A stretch of 63,239 nt of DNA, counting the filler, from Octopus bimaculoides (taxonomy: Eukaryota): NCBI RefSeq assembly GCF_001194135.2. It is 5 parts of 5 records of this genome, joined end to end, with 100 filler letters (N's around TTAATTAATTAA, not from the genome) between each part and the next. Parts side by side here need not be neighbours in the genome. Positions count along the whole stretch, not along the records: positions 59,647 to 63,239 come from NC_068987.1; 4 more parts are not named here. The stretch is one strand, 5' to 3'. Within the stretch, counting starts at the first letter, position 1; each line of letters begins with the position of its first letter. Of the stretch, positions 62,190-63,239 are shown piece by piece. Below the pieces are notes generated by a model that was not told the origin of the DNA, did no database searches, and was given only the letters and a program-made list of their open reading frames with translations. Made by a program: the position numbers and the translations under genes.

Positions 62190-62340
62190 TAACGTTTTGA
62201 GTTCAAATTCCACCGAGGGTGACTTTACCTTTCATCCTTTCGGAGTCGATAAAATAAGTACCAGTCAAGCACTGGGTTCGATGTTATCGACTAACCCAAC
62301 TCTCCCACCAAATTGCAGGCCTTGTGTGCCTATAGTAAAA
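62190..62340 (+). mobile_element. SINE family B
   Basis: GAGTTCAAATTCCACCGAGG…GTCGATAAAATAAGTACCAG…GGCCTTGTGTGCCTATAG. Confidence 0.8.
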
Positions 62341-62349
62341 AGCAAAGTG

Positions 62350-62520
62350 CCTACCACTGAAGTGATTCCATAAGATCGAAATCACGTGATCTGGTGACTT
62401 CGGAGCTAGGGTGGCAGGAGTTCTGTCCTGCTTGCAATGAATATCGAGTGCAAATGCGCACTGAATAACCAGTTGGAAGAGATGTCTTCTTGGGGTTGAA
62501 TTAGCAGTATCATCGGGTCT
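62350..62520 (-). mobile_element. Possible Tc1/mariner remnant
   Basis: KQDRTPAT (cf. QQDxAPAH) and PKSPDHVISILW (cf. PNSPDLNP..W). Confidence 0.35.
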
Positions 62521-62825
62521 TAGAGATCACTCGCGTTAAAGTGGCGATAAACACTAAAAAGGATCTAGTTTTTTTAAAAAAGAGTTATAGTATATTTTGA
62601 GAGGGAGTTTGGGTGTTATTTTCAACATATTAAAACCCACCTATCACAGGTTTTATTTCGAGGATAAAAGGTAAAATGATAAAATTTAATATGGCTGCAT
62701 TTCTACGTCTCTGGTTGTTTTTTTATAATCTCTTTATAAGTTTCTGTCTGTTTTTCAGTCCGTGTGTCTCTCTGTCTCTGTCTTTGTCTCTCTGTCTGTT
62801 TCTCAGACTGTGTATCTCTTTATTC

Positions 62826-62870
<45 letters not shown>

Positions 62871-63239
62871 CATACCTACCTACCTACCTACTTACCAGCA
62901 TCACGGCTGTCCTAGTTGTGAAATCTTATCAAGCTGCGTCCTCTGCATGCAATTAATTATTACACCTTCTGAATCTATCGAAGCATTAAGCATCCTGCAT
63001 ATACCATCAACATTTCAAAGACTGGTTAAACAAAATTTAACGAGGTGTGGTGGCGTTTATTGTTAAGTAAAGAAGATTCTGTGACATAAACAACTCGTAA
63101 CCGTAGGTTTCAAAACGTGATGTAAATAAACATACTTATCGGTAATTAAATATATTATACTCTATTAAATAGGAAATCGAAGGATTATTTCGTTTCCTTC
63201 CTTAATTTACCAATTATATATATATATATATATATATAT

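Overview
AT-rich eukaryotic intergenic or intronic DNA with roughly 8-9 kb of N gaps. The SINE, LINE and microsatellite repertoire looks like a coleoid cephalopod (Octopus-type) draft assembly; this is inferred from repeat content only. No host protein-coding gene, tRNA, rRNA or CRISPR array can be supported, and nearly all listed ORFs are microsatellite, N-run or SINE read-throughs. The recognisable content is transposon debris. It includes three tRNA-derived SINE families (dozens of copies) and RTE LINEs: one near full length, and one 3' fragment ending in three C2H2 zinc fingers. It also includes a full-length but decayed R4/Dong-type RLE LINE with related fragments in (TAA)n tracts, several Penelope-like (RT/GIY-YIG) remnants, Tc1/mariner remnants, Helitron remnants, a MITE and L1/Tx1-like 3' ends. 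Best leads: (i) several type-I hammerhead ribozyme motifs, including an intact-looking one with a long stem II at 31357-31464; (ii) the RTE C-terminal triple C2H2 array; (iii) three independent tail-to-tail junctions where an R4/Dong-type 3' end meets a SINE 3' tail at a shared (TAA)n-type tail; (iv) two isolated near-perfect hairpins and a tight inverted SINE pair. All alignments and folds were done by eye; coordinates of decayed repeats are approximate.
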